From positions 44,150,260 to 44,214,259 of the forward strand of contig NC_068988.1 of NCBI RefSeq assembly GCF_001194135.2: a stretch of DNA of 64,000 bases, given 5' to 3'. Numbering within the stretch: position 1 is the stretch's first letter; each line of letters starts with the position of its first letter. Positions 63,566 to 64,000 of the stretch are shown here, one piece after another. This stretch comes from Octopus bimaculoides (Eukaryota). Both the position numbers and the translations under genes were made by a program. A model generated the notes under the pieces. That model had not been told where the DNA came from, ran no database searches, and saw only the letters and a program-made list of their open reading frames with translations.

Positions 63566-64000
63566 TCTTTTACGCTTTTACTTGTTTCAGTCATTTGACT
63601 GCGGCCATGCTGGAGCACCACCTTTAGCCGAGAAAATCGACCCCAGGACTTATTCTTTTTGGAAGCCTAATACTTATTCTATCGGTCTCTTTTTGCCGAA
63701 CCGCTAAGTTACGGGGACCTAAACACACCAGCATCGGTTGTCAAGCGATGGTGAGGGGACAAACACAGACACACAAACACACATACATATATGCAACGGG
63801 CTTCTTTCAGTTTCCATCTACCAAATCCACTCACAAGGCTTTGGTCGGCCCGAGGCTATAGTAGAAGACANNNNNNNNNNACCCCAGGACTTATTCTTTT
63901 TGGAAGCCTAATACTTATTCTATCGGTCTCTTTTTGCCGAACCGCTAAGTTACGGGGACCTAAACACACCAGCATCGGTTGTCAAGCGATGGTGAGGGGA
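63566..64000 (-). mobile_element. SINE family C, partly duplicated across a 10-N gap
   Basis: Closely similar to 22643-23054; 63640-63759 is repeated at 63881-64000. Confidence 0.75.

Overview
Eukaryotic, AT-rich, microsatellite-dense draft genomic DNA with seven N gaps. The repeat families look like those of Octopus (coleoid cephalopod); this is inference, no search was run. The window holds one protein-coding gene: the 5' part of a DOCK-C family guanine nucleotide exchange factor (DOCK7-like, invertebrate orthologue of DOCK6/7/8) on the minus strand. I traced 17 consecutive GT-AG exons from 33326 down to 664 with all phases matching (2128 nt, 709 full codons), running from the N-terminal region into the C2-type DHR-1 domain. 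The gene continues past position 1. The canonical first coding exon was not found, so 33327-64000 is probably a >30 kb first intron. Nearly all other ORF-track entries are microsatellite or repeat artefacts. Introns carry tRNA-derived SINEs, RTE and CR1 LINE 3' fragments, piggyBac/hAT/pogo-like MITEs and a Penelope-like fragment. Best second-look items: a type I hammerhead ribozyme motif at the end of the Penelope-like fragment on the gene's sense strand (39721-39796); several long fold-back sequences in the pre-mRNA (4613-4940, 38894-39004, 33401-33449, 19805-19993, 56474-56721); a candidate in-frame 30-nt microexon (14187-14216); and a locally templated ~240-bp insertion (19091-19332).
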